Shown here: positions 38,688-49,043 of the stretch, piece after piece | Layout of the letters: the number at the start of each line of letters is the position of its first letter | Position numbering within the stretch: the first letter of the stretch is position 1 | DNA from: Candidatus Heimdallarchaeota archaeon | GTDB lineage: Archaea > Asgardarchaeota > Heimdallarchaeia > JABLTI01 | Reading direction: 5' to 3' | Length of the DNA stretch: 64,000 bases | Assembly: GCA_019056785.1 (NCBI GenBank) | Contig: DXJV01000073.1 | Span: 39,957 to 103,956, forward strand | Notes under the pieces: model-generated | What the model saw: the letters and a program-made list of their open reading frames with translations, nothing else | Database searches by the model: none | What the model was told of the DNA's origin: nothing | Translations under genes and position numbers: made by a program

Positions 38688-38909
38688 AAAAAGATTTGTA
38701 CCCACGAGTGCAGGTTAAGATACCGTATCCCACTCCTCAGCAATGGGTTGTGCGACAGCAAGATCAGAGCATGCTTTTTAGCCGATGTTGCATACAGTGT
38801 TTATTGCTGCATTGCTGACGAAGATATAATGGGTTGCAGATGGACAAACCCCGGAAGACGCGATTACTCTATTCTGAATTCTGCCCTTAGCCATACAAGC
38901 AAATCCCCC
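38688..38909 (-). ncRNA. Candidate structured non-coding RNA (~220 nt), family unrecognised
   Basis: Nested stems GGGGGAUUUG/CAAAUCUUUU, UAAGG/UCUUA, GCAGA/UCUGC, CCCA/UGGG, CUUC/GGAG, UCAGCAAUG/CAUUGCUGA, CAGCAA/UUGCUG, GUAUGC/GCAUGC. G-U wobbles favour the minus strand. Ends in a U tract. Confidence 0.6.
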
Positions 38910-39267
38910 TTCATCTTGCAAAAAAATGCAGCCAATGAAAGCATTGATCATTACCCTGAGAAAAGAAGCAACGAAACAAAAACAGCAGGAATGGCTGGTT
39001 GGAAACTTTCGGCGAACTCCTTAAAAAAAAGGTTAAATACTTTATCAATAACTCCTTTTTTGAGAATAGCAGGTGCTCATTCAAAGCTCCCCACTAGCGA
39101 GGAGAGAAAGGCATCGTTCATGTGCCAATACCCATGGATATAAAACCTTTTCAGGAAAAAAAAGACAAGATACAGAATAAATCTCCTACAAATAAGTGAA
39201 AGATATAAATGGTGGTAAGGAAAAGAAAAAATACCCCCAGTTAGAAAAACGCGGTTGCCAGAGTAAA

Positions 39268-39669
39268 ATGGTAAATCTTCGAACTGAAACCATCAGATGT
39301 ATATTGTGCAATCATGAGATTGATTATTCCTCACAAAAAAAAGAGGAGTTATATATCTGTGCAGAATGTCAGGCATATTTCTGCCAAAAATGTCGAGAAG
39401 CAGTTAGGGGCTATGAATCATGCCCGGCCGCACGCTTATTAGGGGTAAAAGAACATAAATTAAAATTCATCAAACTCCTCCCGCCAAAAGTGCTTCTTTC
39501 CCCGATGAACGGAGCAACAGTCCCAGTTAGCAGGGAAGAAAAGACAAATCAAAAAGCAAGGGTGAAAATCCTTTCGGAACCATCTGTGAAAATCATCGAC
39601 AAAGATGACAACAACAAAAAGAGTAGCTCCAAAGGGAAAGCTCGGAAAAAGAACACAAAACGGCAGTGA
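39268..39669 (+). CDS. Zinc-finger protein with basic tail
   Basis: CILC...CAEC...FCQKC...CP...H. Confidence 0.72.
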   Translation: MVNLRTETIRCILCNHEIDYSSQKKEELYICAECQAYFCQKCREAVRGYESCPAARLLGVKEHKLKFIKLLPPKVLLSPMNGATVPVSREEKTNQKARVKILSEPSVKIIDKDDNNKKSSSKGKARKKNTKRQ

Positions 39670-39679
39670 AAATGTAGCA

Positions 39680-41404
39680 ATGCTTTTAAGACCATTTCTT
39701 GTTATAAGCGCGACAAGTCAGCAACCATTAACCGCTGCAAACATAATAACGAATGGGCAAACATTGCGTATTTTAATCATTCCGGAAGAGGGAGACGAAG
39801 AGATAGAGGAACAGCTGCAAGTGGTAATCTACAATCCGATTGATGCACCGGTTGTCGTTGGGAAAGTTCCGACACTTAAAACTGAGACGATTGCCTCTTT
39901 TAATGTTCAAATTCCAGAAAACTGGATAGCAGGAAATTATCGCCTTGTTCTCATGAAAAAAGCGAGCGGCGAAATTGTAAAGAGTAATTTTTTTACTATG
40001 AAAGCCACCACCCCACTGGGAAAACACCTCACAGAGCGGATACTTTCTCCCCACTGGCAGATAAACTATAAAGTTCAGATAAGTAATCCAACAGATAAAC
40101 CAGTCGGAAACTTTTCCGCTTTTGTAGCCTTACCAATAACAATCCCACCACATCAAATTGTTAAACGATTGACCGTTTCCCCAGAAACAGTGCGACTTTC
40201 CTCAGATGTAGAAGGAAACCACTGGGCCCATTATGAGGTGACGCGTATAGCTCCCGGGCAGACTCTTGAGTTACGCTATAGTGCGGTTATTCAAAGAAAA
40301 CCATTTTTGATGGCACCCACCCTTGAAAACGTGAAACAGGTAGCAAATCCATATGCCAAAACGTTTCTTAAACCATATCTTGCATCAGAAGCCCATATCG
40401 AAAGTACGCACCCACGAATTATCGAGCTGGCAAAAAACATTGTAACAGACCATCCGATAAAATTTGCAAAACGAGCAATACAAATAGTGAATCAAATTTT
40501 AAGGTATGAAATTCAACCGGAAGAATATGGAGCTGCATATGCAGTTGAAACAGGGAGGGGGGACTGCACAGAATTTGCCGCACTCTTTGTCGCTCTTTGT
40601 AGAGCAAAAGGGATCCCCGCACGTGTTGTTGCCGGATTTGGAATGGGACAGCGATGGGAGCGACATGCAATGGCAGAAATTCTTGTGGGGGGACGGTGGT
40701 TGCCAGTAGATGTTACAGGACAACAAGGAACCCATCCTTCTCTTGGTTTACAAACTAACATAATCACTCTTACCCGTGGAAATTGGATGGGGGGGACACT
40801 CGCAAAAGAAATTTCTTATCGATACCAAATCCTGGAACCAAGGCAAAAATTAGCAATTGGGGTGGATTGGAAAATAACCTTAAAAAAGAGCAGGGCAGAT
40901 CCGCTTTCAAAGGAAAACATGAAAAGCTCGGTCCGGGTTTTATCTTCGCGCTCGCCAGCATTAGTGGAAACAAAAGTGAAAATCGTAAGAGAGACCCTTG
41001 GAGAAGAGCGATTAATGCAGCTTAAAACCAAATCCACAGATAAGCCGGTGAAAATGGACCAAAACATCAAGATCTCTTTGAGAGCCACGCGAAAAAAAGG
41101 GCTCTTTATTCTCCCTACCTTACCCGACGTCATAAAAACCGTTGCTTTGAAAAAGAAGCGACTTATTATTCAAAACAAAACTGACCGGGTGCAAAGAGGG
41201 TGCCTTGAAATCCACGAGCGGGACAATTTTGGGGTGATACGTTTACTAAGCATCCGGGGGCTGCTCTTAGAGCCGGAAAGTGAACGGCAGGTGCAGCTAG
41301 GACTCACGTCTGCACGGAAAGGGCTGGTAACATTACAATTCCTATTCATAAACCGTATAGGGCGAGTACTCGCAAAAGAAGAAAGGACCATTAGTTTGTT
41401 TTAG
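39680..41404 (+). CDS. Transglutaminase-like domain protein with flanking beta-sandwich-like domains
   Basis: GDCTEFAALFVALCRAKGIPARVVAG, HAMAE, WLPVD (Cys-His-Asp triad). Confidence 0.88.
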   Translation: MLLRPFLVISATSQQPLTAANIITNGQTLRILIIPEEGDEEIEEQLQVVIYNPIDAPVVVGKVPTLKTETIASFNVQIPENWIAGNYRLVLMKKASGEIVKSNFFTMKATTPLGKHLTERILSPHWQINYKVQISNPTDKPVGNFSAFVALPITIPPHQIVKRLTVSPETVRLSSDVEGNHWAHYEVTRIAPGQTLELRYSAVIQRKPFLMAPTLENVKQVANPYAKTFLKPYLASEAHIESTHPRIIELAKNIVTDHPIKFAKRAIQIVNQILRYEIQPEEYGAAYAVETGRGDCTEFAALFVALCRAKGIPARVVAGFGMGQRWERHAMAEILVGGRWLPVDVTGQQGTHPSLGLQTNIITLTRGNWMGGTLAKEISYRYQILEPRQKLAIGVDWKITLKKSRADPLSKENMKSSVRVLSSRSPALVETKVKIVRETLGEERLMQLKTKSTDKPVKMDQNIKISLRATRKKGLFILPTLPDVIKTVALKKKRLIIQNKTDRVQRGCLEIHERDNFGVIRLLSIRGLLLEPESERQVQLGLTSARKGLVTLQFLFINRIGRVLAKEERTISLF

Positions 41405-41536
41405 GGAACCAAAGCAAGGGAAAAAAGTCCCTTTTCATGAACAAAAGGGAGAGAATGCGAACCTGTGAAGCGAGAAAAAATTGTCAATAAGAGCAAAAGT
41501 ACATTTTTATACTAAAGACATCTTTTACTACTTATT

Positions 41537-43387
41537 ATGTTGTTTGTTGTCTTTTCTCTAATCATCGGTTTAATTTTCGGTGTACTTGCAGGAGGCATTG
41601 TCCTCCTTAACAAGAGAAAATTTACACCAGCAGTCGGCATTATAGCCGCGGCGGGATTGGTCGGCGGCTTTCTCATCTCATTAACCCTGTTCTGGTTTGG
41701 TATCCCGGTACTAGGGTCAATCATTCTTATCTGTCTTTTATTGGGTGGCATTCTTGTACTGGTACTTTCACGCCTCTATCATCGGAGCTTTGCGCGAGTA
41801 GGGCGAAATGCCCAGGGCATAATTTCATTGGCAATAGCCGGATTAATGCTGTTTGGCTCAGCCTATTTCGGCCTTAGTACAATCATCTGGAAAGGATATG
41901 ACACTGCGAAATACTTTGATAGTATCCTCATGTTTCCTGATGAGAAGATGCCTTTCAATCACATCATTACTGGAGATAACGTGCGGGTAGTGGACAGTGA
42001 CTTGGCTGCAGAAATAATCCAGAAATCACAGCCGTTTGGCAGTAATTCCATGATCCTTGAGTTGCATGTCGGGAAACTATATGGAAAACTAATGTGGATT
42101 GGTGTTATGGGTACGGATGCAATCCAAATTGGAACGGATAACGCAGGGCGGAAACGGAACTCGATCTTCGGCTTTGTGGGCGTCGACCTCACTGACCCTT
42201 CCCAGGCGGTGATAGTTGTCGAGCAACCGTTCAAAATAGGGAGTTATCTTGTCCGGCAAAAGCAATTGGAGCGGATCGTCTGGAAAATTAATCCCAATTA
42301 TCGCGTGGGTGACAACAGCTACTTTTCGATGAATGACGAGGGGGAAATGCGTCTTTTAGCCCCCTATTCTATTTCAACGAGCTTGACCGTCGAAAGCGGC
42401 CTTGGATTGACAACCTTCCTCGAAAAGGTTGGTGGTGTCCTGGAATTTAATGCACAGGGAACGCTCATAAAGGATTATCGCGATTTGAGTGAACTTCCAG
42501 ACTATGCACGCATTCAATGCTACCCTGAAAGTTGGTTAGAATATAATATAAACAAATGGGGGCGCCATCGTAAAGGAAATCACGAATTTGCCTATTGGTT
42601 CACAACAACAGAACAGCTGGGGATATCCTATTATGACGATGTGCGGGTAATCTATGATGCCAATACCCAGGAAACATCTCAGTATGTCATGCTCACCCAG
42701 CCGGAGTCGGAAAGTCAGCTCCTACGAGGGGCTATAAAGGCAAATGCGAGTGGCATCTATTTCTTCGATTGGGCCGACCTCGACCCTAAACCCATTGACA
42801 CTCAAAATGCCCTCTATCATAGCCGAACGGCAATCGATGTGGAAGTCGGTACGACAGAGCATAATTATCGACCGATCCTCCCGTTGCTCTTCCCCATTCA
42901 GATGCACTATAAAAACATGACAGATTATGCCTATGTGGTTCCCATTCAATTTGGGAGCATAAGATTCGGCGGCATTTGTATTACTAACCCGTTCGACCCA
43001 AGTGGGGTAGACACAATTGTCGAGTTAGCAGAGGCAACAGACACCGTGGATGAGGTGTTGACGCGAGCAATAGATGAGTATCTGACATTTATGGGGATAA
43101 CACAACCGGTAGAAGATAATTACACGGAAACCCTTGAAATAGCACAACTGGCATCGTTTGAACAAGATGGAAATACTATCATCTTGGCACAAGGAAATCT
43201 GACATATATCCCCGAAGGAAACACCACAGCAATAAGTAGAAATGAAACAGTCTGGTTCACACAACAGTTCTTAAATGTCACTCAATGGGAAATAGCCCTC
43301 TTTCTCCAAGTCGGCGATACCCTCGAGTTAAACATTATAATCATCAATGAAATCATTTATTGCCAAGAGATCATCTCGGTAAATTAA
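41537..43387 (+). CDS. Hypothetical membrane protein (4 TM plus large extracytoplasmic domain)
   Basis: 616-aa ORF, hydrophobic N-terminus, many NxS/T sequons near the C-terminus. Confidence 0.75.
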   Translation: MLFVVFSLIIGLIFGVLAGGIVLLNKRKFTPAVGIIAAAGLVGGFLISLTLFWFGIPVLGSIILICLLLGGILVLVLSRLYHRSFARVGRNAQGIISLAIAGLMLFGSAYFGLSTIIWKGYDTAKYFDSILMFPDEKMPFNHIITGDNVRVVDSDLAAEIIQKSQPFGSNSMILELHVGKLYGKLMWIGVMGTDAIQIGTDNAGRKRNSIFGFVGVDLTDPSQAVIVVEQPFKIGSYLVRQKQLERIVWKINPNYRVGDNSYFSMNDEGEMRLLAPYSISTSLTVESGLGLTTFLEKVGGVLEFNAQGTLIKDYRDLSELPDYARIQCYPESWLEYNINKWGRHRKGNHEFAYWFTTTEQLGISYYDDVRVIYDANTQETSQYVMLTQPESESQLLRGAIKANASGIYFFDWADLDPKPIDTQNALYHSRTAIDVEVGTTEHNYRPILPLLFPIQMHYKNMTDYAYVVPIQFGSIRFGGICITNPFDPSGVDTIVELAEATDTVDEVLTRAIDEYLTFMGITQPVEDNYTETLEIAQLASFEQDGNTIILAQGNLTYIPEGNTTAISRNETVWFTQQFLNVTQWEIALFLQVGDTLELNIIIINEIIYCQEIISVN

Positions 43388-43468
43388 GACAAGAAAAAAA
43401 AACAATCCCGAAGACTTTCGGGATCTCTCCTTTTTTTTAAAAACTTTATTTGAGCACAATTGCGCAAA

Positions 43469-44860
43469 TTAAGCACTTTTTGCTGCGCGGGCTTTTTTCC
43501 GTTCAATCTTACGAACAATGGCGTCAGCAGCAATAACAATGGGGTAAATTGTTTCGGAAACGGCAGGAGCATAACAAAAGTCAAGGGTTAAAAGGTCATA
43601 AACTGTAAGGCCGGTTTGAAGTGCAAAGGCAATGTAATTCACATTCTCATCAACTTTTTCTTCGCCGAAAACTTCGCCCCCGAGTAATTTCCCATCACTA
43701 GAGCGGGCAATAAGTTTGATAGTAATAGGCTTTGTTGTCGGCATATAATGTGGTCGGATTGGCGCGGTAATTTTTGCTTGGGTTGTTTCGATTCCTTGCT
43801 TTTTGGCTTGTTCAGTATTTATCCCGGCAACCCCCACATAAAAATTCCGTGAAGAAACTATAAAGGAATTAACACTGCCAGGATAGCGTGTGTCCCCACC
43901 TGCAGCATTGATACCAGCAATACGGCCCTGACGGACGGCCGGCCCAGCTAAAAGCACAAGGCTTCGTTCCTTTGTAACTAAATTGGTAACAGAGACACAG
44001 TCACCTGCAGCATAAATAGCTTCATCAGAAGTCTGCATTTTTTCATTAACTTCAATCGCCTTGAAGTTCTCAACAAGCTTCAACCCACTCTTTTGAGCCA
44101 ATTGGGCATTTGGTCGCACCCCGGTTGCCAGGACAACAACATCAGCAGCAAGAGTCTCGAGTTTGTCCTCCGTGCCAATCGTTATGTGCTCCACTTTTTC
44201 TGTCCCGAGAATTTCCTTGACCATCATACCGGTGCGAACGATAATACCCGTTTCCTCAAGACGTTTTTGTGCCAACAAGGCAATATCCTTTGAAATCTTC
44301 AGTGGCATTAATTGTGGGAACATTTCTACAATGGTGACCTCTTTGCCCAGGTGTCTAACTTCTGTAGCAACTTCGATACCAATAGCACTCCCACCAACAA
44401 CAATGACATTTTTAATGCTCTCTGCTGAGACAACTTCCTTAATGGCTTGGGCATCTTCCGCAAACTTCAGGCGAAAAACATTCTTGAGATCGCGCCCTGG
44501 AATGGGTGGGACGAAAACGTTTGAGCCGGTGCAAAGAATTAATTTGTCATAGGGGAGCGTGCTTTTTGAGCCATCGTCGTTGTTCACGACTGTGACCACT
44601 TTTTTCTTCCGGTCAATTGCGTCTGCAACAGTATTTAAGAGAAGCGTGATGTTCATTCGCTCAAAATTGAGGTCCTCAATAATTGTCTCGATTGACGGAA
44701 GATACCCGCCAATGACAAACGGGAGGGCACAAGGATGATAAGTATCGTATTTTTTCGAATCAACAACAGTGATTTCTGCTGTTCGATCTGTTAAGCGCGC
44801 GGTACTGGCGGCAGTGAGCCCCGCAGGACCATTTCCAATTATAACAATTTTTTGTGGCAT
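43469..44860 (-). CDS. NADH oxidase / CoA-disulfide reductase family flavoprotein
   Basis: GNGPAG, YHPCALP (redox Cys), GGSAIG.E, IYAAGDC, YAPAVS. Confidence 0.93.
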   Translation of the reverse strand: MPQKIVIIGNGPAGLTAASTARLTDRTAEITVVDSKKYDTYHPCALPFVIGGYLPSIETIIEDLNFERMNITLLLNTVADAIDRKKKVVTVVNNDDGSKSTLPYDKLILCTGSNVFVPPIPGRDLKNVFRLKFAEDAQAIKEVVSAESIKNVIVVGGSAIGIEVATEVRHLGKEVTIVEMFPQLMPLKISKDIALLAQKRLEETGIIVRTGMMVKEILGTEKVEHITIGTEDKLETLAADVVVLATGVRPNAQLAQKSGLKLVENFKAIEVNEKMQTSDEAIYAAGDCVSVTNLVTKERSLVLLAGPAVRQGRIAGINAAGGDTRYPGSVNSFIVSSRNFYVGVAGINTEQAKKQGIETTQAKITAPIRPHYMPTTKPITIKLIARSSDGKLLGGEVFGEEKVDENVNYIAFALQTGLTVYDLLTLDFCYAPAVSETIYPIVIAADAIVRKIERKKARAAKSA

Positions 44861-44870
44861 ATTTGGCTGA

Positions 44871-44909
44871 CCTCTAGGCCGACTAGCAGAAGCTAGTTCA
44901 GCTGCGAGG
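44871..44909 (-). promoter_or_regulatory. Leader hairpin overlapping the Shine-Dalgarno-like GAGG of the NADH oxidase gene
   Basis: CCUC/GAGG, GCUG/CGGC, ACUAGC/GCUAGU with UUCU loop, 10 nt upstream of the ATG. Confidence 0.45.
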
Positions 44910-44981
44910 AATGACTAAATATGTGCTATTTAAAATTTTATAAAAGGCTTTGAATAACCGGCATAAAAAAACAGCTGGTGT

Positions 44982-45536
44982 TCATAATTCGAGCTGAAAC
45001 GCCATGTCCGCTGCATTCTGTACGGCCACGCTAAAACCCGGCTGGAAGCCAATAATCGCCGTATCAATGCCGTTTGCTTTGGCCGCTCGTAGAATCGGCG
45101 CACAACGAGCATGTCGGCTCGCTACAATAATCATATTGATGTTCTTGCTGAAAACGCAGTCTATTACTTCAATTGCCATACGAATGTAAATATCTCCAGA
45201 AGCAACAATTGGTTCATACCCACTGTTTTCAATGGCTTTTAAGAGCTTTTGTGGGGCATGGCGATTCAAAATAACTTTGGCAACTTTGATCTGACCAAGG
45301 CGGTCGGCGATTTTTTCGATGTCCTCTAAACGTATCTGGCGGTTGTTAATACGGCGAAGAAGGTTCGGGGCATCAATAATAAGGGCTACCTTGCGTTGCC
45401 TGGTGAAAATGTTCTTGACCATTTTGAAGCTGAGACCTTTTTGCCCACTTCGCTTTTCGTCATGGAGCGCTTCTTCAGGAAGACTACCTTCAATTTCCTC
45501 TGGACGCATACTGTTTTCGGTATTTTCGTCGACCAC
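44982..45536 (-). CDS. NYN-domain protein (TIGR00288-like)
   Basis: ALIIDAPNLL, GDIYIRMAIE, IIVASRHA, GFQPGFS.A..NAAD. Several acidic residues are substituted. Confidence 0.8.
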   Translation of the reverse strand: MVDENTENSMRPEEIEGSLPEEALHDEKRSGQKGLSFKMVKNIFTRQRKVALIIDAPNLLRRINNRQIRLEDIEKIADRLGQIKVAKVILNRHAPQKLLKAIENSGYEPIVASGDIYIRMAIEVIDCVFSKNINMIIVASRHARCAPILRAAKANGIDTAIIGFQPGFSVAVQNAADMAFQLEL

Positions 45537-45923
45537 GTATCTTTACCTCACTGTAATACAACAAATTCGGTCTTAATAATTTATTTGTGGATATTATTTT
45601 CACTCACAAAGGCTAAGCATAAGAACCCCCCCCTCAACCAGAAATAATAGGAAGGGGGTTTCAGCACAATGGCACATAGGTGCTTCTTTTTTTTCTCCAA
45701 AGACGAAAGGAGAAAGAAGGGGTCTGGGGGTTGCCACTAATCACTTACCGGCCAATTCTTTTTCTTCATGCTTTGCCTTTTTTTCAACCAAAAAATTATT
45801 TTAGCTCCATAGAGAACAATGTTTGAGGTTGTTTTCTCCCTCCATTACAAAGAAAATTCAAGTTGTTGGAATGGGAAAACTTCCTCATTGGAGAGAATAA
45901 AGATTTAATTGCAAGTGAGCATC

Positions 45924-46880
45924 ATGGCGACAACTATTCTTATTACAGGCGGTTGCGGCTTTATTGGAAGTAATTTAGTTAATCGATTAGTAGCAACAGG
46001 CGCGAACATCCTTGCCCTTGATGACCTGACGGCAGGAAACCGAGCGTTTATTGACCAAGCGCTCAAGAAACCAAATTGTCAGTTCATCAAAGGAAGCATA
46101 ACAGATTTCCCGTTGCTTACAAAGACACTACGCGATGTAGATGTGGTGCTTCATGAGGCAGCACGACCGGATGTTCGAGCGAGTACTGCCAATCTATTCT
46201 CAGACTTTGCGGTGAATGTGCAAGGAACAGTGAATCTCCTGGAAGCGATGATAAAAAATGACGTTCCAAAGATCTTGTTTGCGTCATCGTGTGGTACGGT
46301 CTATGGGGAATCAGCGGTCCTGCCAACGCCAGAAGATGTCCCGCTCGCACCGATTAGTCATTATGGCGCCTCCAAAGCAGCTTCTGAGATGTATCTGTCC
46401 AGTTTTGCCAACCTTTATGGCTTAGAAGCCTACGCTTTACGGCTGGGGAATATTTATGGCCCACCATCCAATCATGGTGTCATGCACGACTTTTACTGGA
46501 AATTGAAGAAGGATCCTACTACACTCGAGATATTGGGGAATGGTGAGCAACTAAAGTCCTATCTGTTCGTGGAGGACTGTGTCAACGCTCATCTTAAGGC
46601 TCTCGAGACAAAAATTCAAGGCTATCTGCCGATTAATATTGCCTCCATAGAAGGGACAACAGTGAACACCATCGCAAAAGAAGTAATCGCGGCAATGGGG
46701 TTAAAGGAGGTTCGCTTGACCTATACCGGCGGGGAACGAGGTTGGGCAGGTGACGTGCGAAAAGCCGTGCCGGATATTTCAAGGGCAAAAGAAGTGCTCC
46801 ACTGGGAGCCAACAACTGCACTTTCGACAGGCATTAAAAAATACATTCAATGGTTGGAACAGAGCAAGAAGACAGATTAA
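45924..46880 (+). CDS. NAD-dependent epimerase/dehydratase (UDP-glucose 4-epimerase-like)
   Basis: ITGGCGFIGS, YGASK, NIYGP. Confidence 0.93.
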   Translation: MATTILITGGCGFIGSNLVNRLVATGANILALDDLTAGNRAFIDQALKKPNCQFIKGSITDFPLLTKTLRDVDVVLHEAARPDVRASTANLFSDFAVNVQGTVNLLEAMIKNDVPKILFASSCGTVYGESAVLPTPEDVPLAPISHYGASKAASEMYLSSFANLYGLEAYALRLGNIYGPPSNHGVMHDFYWKLKKDPTTLEILGNGEQLKSYLFVEDCVNAHLKALETKIQGYLPINIASIEGTTVNTIAKEVIAAMGLKEVRLTYTGGERGWAGDVRKAVPDISRAKEVLHWEPTTALSTGIKKYIQWLEQSKKTD

Positions 46881-47554
46881 GTGGTGCTCTCCTGGGAGGG
46901 GAGCGCAACAAGTTCTGTTAGAAAACGAATGTGCCGCCAAATGGTAATGCCATATTTTGCTTCATCCAACCGCTCTTCCCGAATGAGAATGAACCTGACC
47001 CCAGCGTTTGTTGCAGCAAGAGCATCTACCCAGGAATCACCAACAAAAACAGCCTGTTCCGGAGATAAGTTGAATTTTGTGAGGATCAGAGAAATTCCTT
47101 CAGGGTCAGGCTTCATTTTCTTGACATCTTCACGAGCAACAACAAGGTCGAAAAAGGACTCCAGGTGAAACCGCTGAAGTACCTCAAGAGTGGGACTTTT
47201 AGCATTATTAGTAAAGACAATAAGTAAAAAGCCCTTTTGCTTTAAAGCCGCAAGCGTCTCTGTTATGCCGTCTGCAACTGTAATGTCCCGCATCCCCTCC
47301 CGCTCGAAAGACTCAACAAGTGACCATAATTCTTCCGCCAGGGAGGTTCCATGCTCCTCGTCATAGGCAGCCGCTTGCTCGATGATTTCCCCAGCAGTGA
47401 ATTTGTGGGGGATGGTCTCATCGGAACCAAAACTAAAGCCATAACGAGAAAGGCGGTGAGCCATTTCAACTTTCAATTTAGGAAAGTCAATATGCGATTT
47501 TACCAGCGTGTTATCGAAATCAAAGATTATTGCTAAAGGCTGAGAGGAGGGCAT
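46877..47554 (-). CDS. HAD-family hydrolase
   Basis: FDFDNTL, FTNN, KPDP, VGDSWVD. Confidence 0.93.
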   Translation of the reverse strand: MPSSQPLAIIFDFDNTLVKSHIDFPKLKVEMAHRLSRYGFSFGSDETIPHKFTAGEIIEQAAAYDEEHGTSLAEELWSLVESFEREGMRDITVADGITETLAALKQKGFLLIVFTNNAKSPTLEVLQRFHLESFFDLVVAREDVKKMKPDPEGISLILTKFNLSPEQAVFVGDSWVDALAATNAGVRFILIREERLDEAKYGITIWRHIRFLTELVALPSQESTT

Positions 47555-47576
47555 AAGTGGTTTCTCCTGAAAATTA

Positions 47577-48830
47577 TTAGTCGGGGGGCTCTTCTTTCAA
47601 ATCCCTAGTATGAACCGCATACGCTGAAAGCTTAGTTCCCTGCGGAAGCGTCATTTTACTCCCAATAACACTCTTCGCCCCAATTAGTACTAGCTCTTCT
47701 AGTTGGGAGGGGGGGTCTAGCGGGGCACGGGCAGCATCGGCGGTGGGCGGTATTGGTGGGCCAATCTTTGTCTGAGCGCCTATCAACACTTCTTCCCCCG
47801 CAACAAGATTCCGAACGGTACAGCCGGCCTCAAGACGGCAGCCGTCAAGAAGAAGACAGTGGGCAAGCTTAACGCCTGCACCAAGCGTGCAATCTTTTCC
47901 CAGGAAAACAGCCGGCCCAAGAATCGCCCCAGGCTCAACAACGGTTCCTTTTCCGAGCAGCACAGGGCCGCGAATGGTAATGCTGGAAAATTCAATTGTA
48001 GTCTCCGCGTCGAAGAACAACTCATCCGCAGCTTTGAACCCTATCTCGCCGCCAGAATGGAATTGCATGCAGCGCAGCTCGTCTTCTACCGTAGCTTTGA
48101 AATAGCTTTGCGCTTTGAGTAAGTCCAACGGATTCTCAAGACTCATCCAAGCATCAATAATCGTTGCCCCTATTGGTCCTTCCTTCCCGAGAAGCGTAAT
48201 GGCATCTGTAAGCTCGTATTCTCCCCGTTCGGAGAGAGGGGTTTGGCGAATGGCATCGAAAATTGCCCGGTCGAACAGGTAAATGCCGGCATTAATGTAA
48301 CCACTCTCGGTAGCGATTGCTGCCAACTGCTGTTTCTCTTTAATACTCAGCACAGTCCCATCGGCGGCAAGCTGCAAAAGACCATAACGACTACCGGTTC
48401 CAGGGAAGACCGCCAGCACCGCCTTCGCATGTAAAGCGGTTTGCTGAACAAAGAGCCGCGGAAGCACTGCCGGAAGGTCGGCAAGAATGTCGCCATTCAA
48501 CACTAACAACTGGCGCTGGTCAGAAGCAACAAAAGGCTCCACCTGGGCAACTGCATCTGCTGTGCCCTTAGGAGGGTCCTGCACGGTGAACAACACATCG
48601 GCAGAAAAAGCCGTCGAAGCAAAAAGAGAACGCATGGCGGCTTCCTGCCAGGGGGTAATCACCAGCACTACCCGCGAAACAACACCACTGGACAACAACT
48701 GCTCCACTAGCCAGAGCAAGAGCGGCTTGTTGTGAAAGGGCAATGAACCTTTCAACCGAGTCTCAGTTAAGGGGCGCATGCGTTTCCCCCGACCGGCAGC
48801 AAGAATGGCGGCAATCATTATTAGTCTCAC
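47577..48830 (-). CDS. Sugar-phosphate nucleotidyltransferase with hexapeptide (LbH) domain, GlmU-like
   Basis: ILAAGRGKRMRPLT, GTADA, LNGD, SERGEYELTDAI, hexapeptide repeats. Confidence 0.9.
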   Translation of the reverse strand: MRLIMIAAILAAGRGKRMRPLTETRLKGSLPFHNKPLLLWLVEQLLSSGVVSRVVLVITPWQEAAMRSLFASTAFSADVLFTVQDPPKGTADAVAQVEPFVASDQRQLLVLNGDILADLPAVLPRLFVQQTALHAKAVLAVFPGTGSRYGLLQLAADGTVLSIKEKQQLAAIATESGYINAGIYLFDRAIFDAIRQTPLSERGEYELTDAITLLGKEGPIGATIIDAWMSLENPLDLLKAQSYFKATVEDELRCMQFHSGGEIGFKAADELFFDAETTIEFSSITIRGPVLLGKGTVVEPGAILGPAVFLGKDCTLGAGVKLAHCLLLDGCRLEAGCTVRNLVAGEEVLIGAQTKIGPPIPPTADAARAPLDPPSQLEELVLIGAKSVIGSKMTLPQGTKLSAYAVHTRDLKEEPPD

Positions 48831-49043
48831 TCAACGAATTCGAATGAAAGATAATCCTACCTAAGGCTAACAGCCGAAGGCTATTTTAAAGTTGCTTGCA
48901 GTTTCAGAAAAAGAAAGAACGAGCATTAAAGAAAGTCTGGGAAGAAGAAAAGGAAAGAGGAAAAAAAAGAGCGAATGAACGAACCATCTCGCTCGCACAG
49001 CAGGAAACAACGTGGAAAACGGCGCAGGCAGCGGCTGCCACGT

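Noticed and set aside
38815-38860. CTGACGA resembling a hammerhead ribozyme core
   Set aside because: No stem II directly after it and no properly placed GAAA/UH; wobble pairs favour the opposite strand.
39000-39025. GGAGTTCGCC (minus strand) resembling part of a fluoride riboswitch
   Set aside because: The required upstream GGCGAU and downstream pseudoknot partner are missing.
38748-39143. 131-aa plus-strand ORF and short minus ORF MAKGRIQ...
   Set aside because: No recognisable motifs; they overlap the structured RNA candidate and promoter-like AT tracts.
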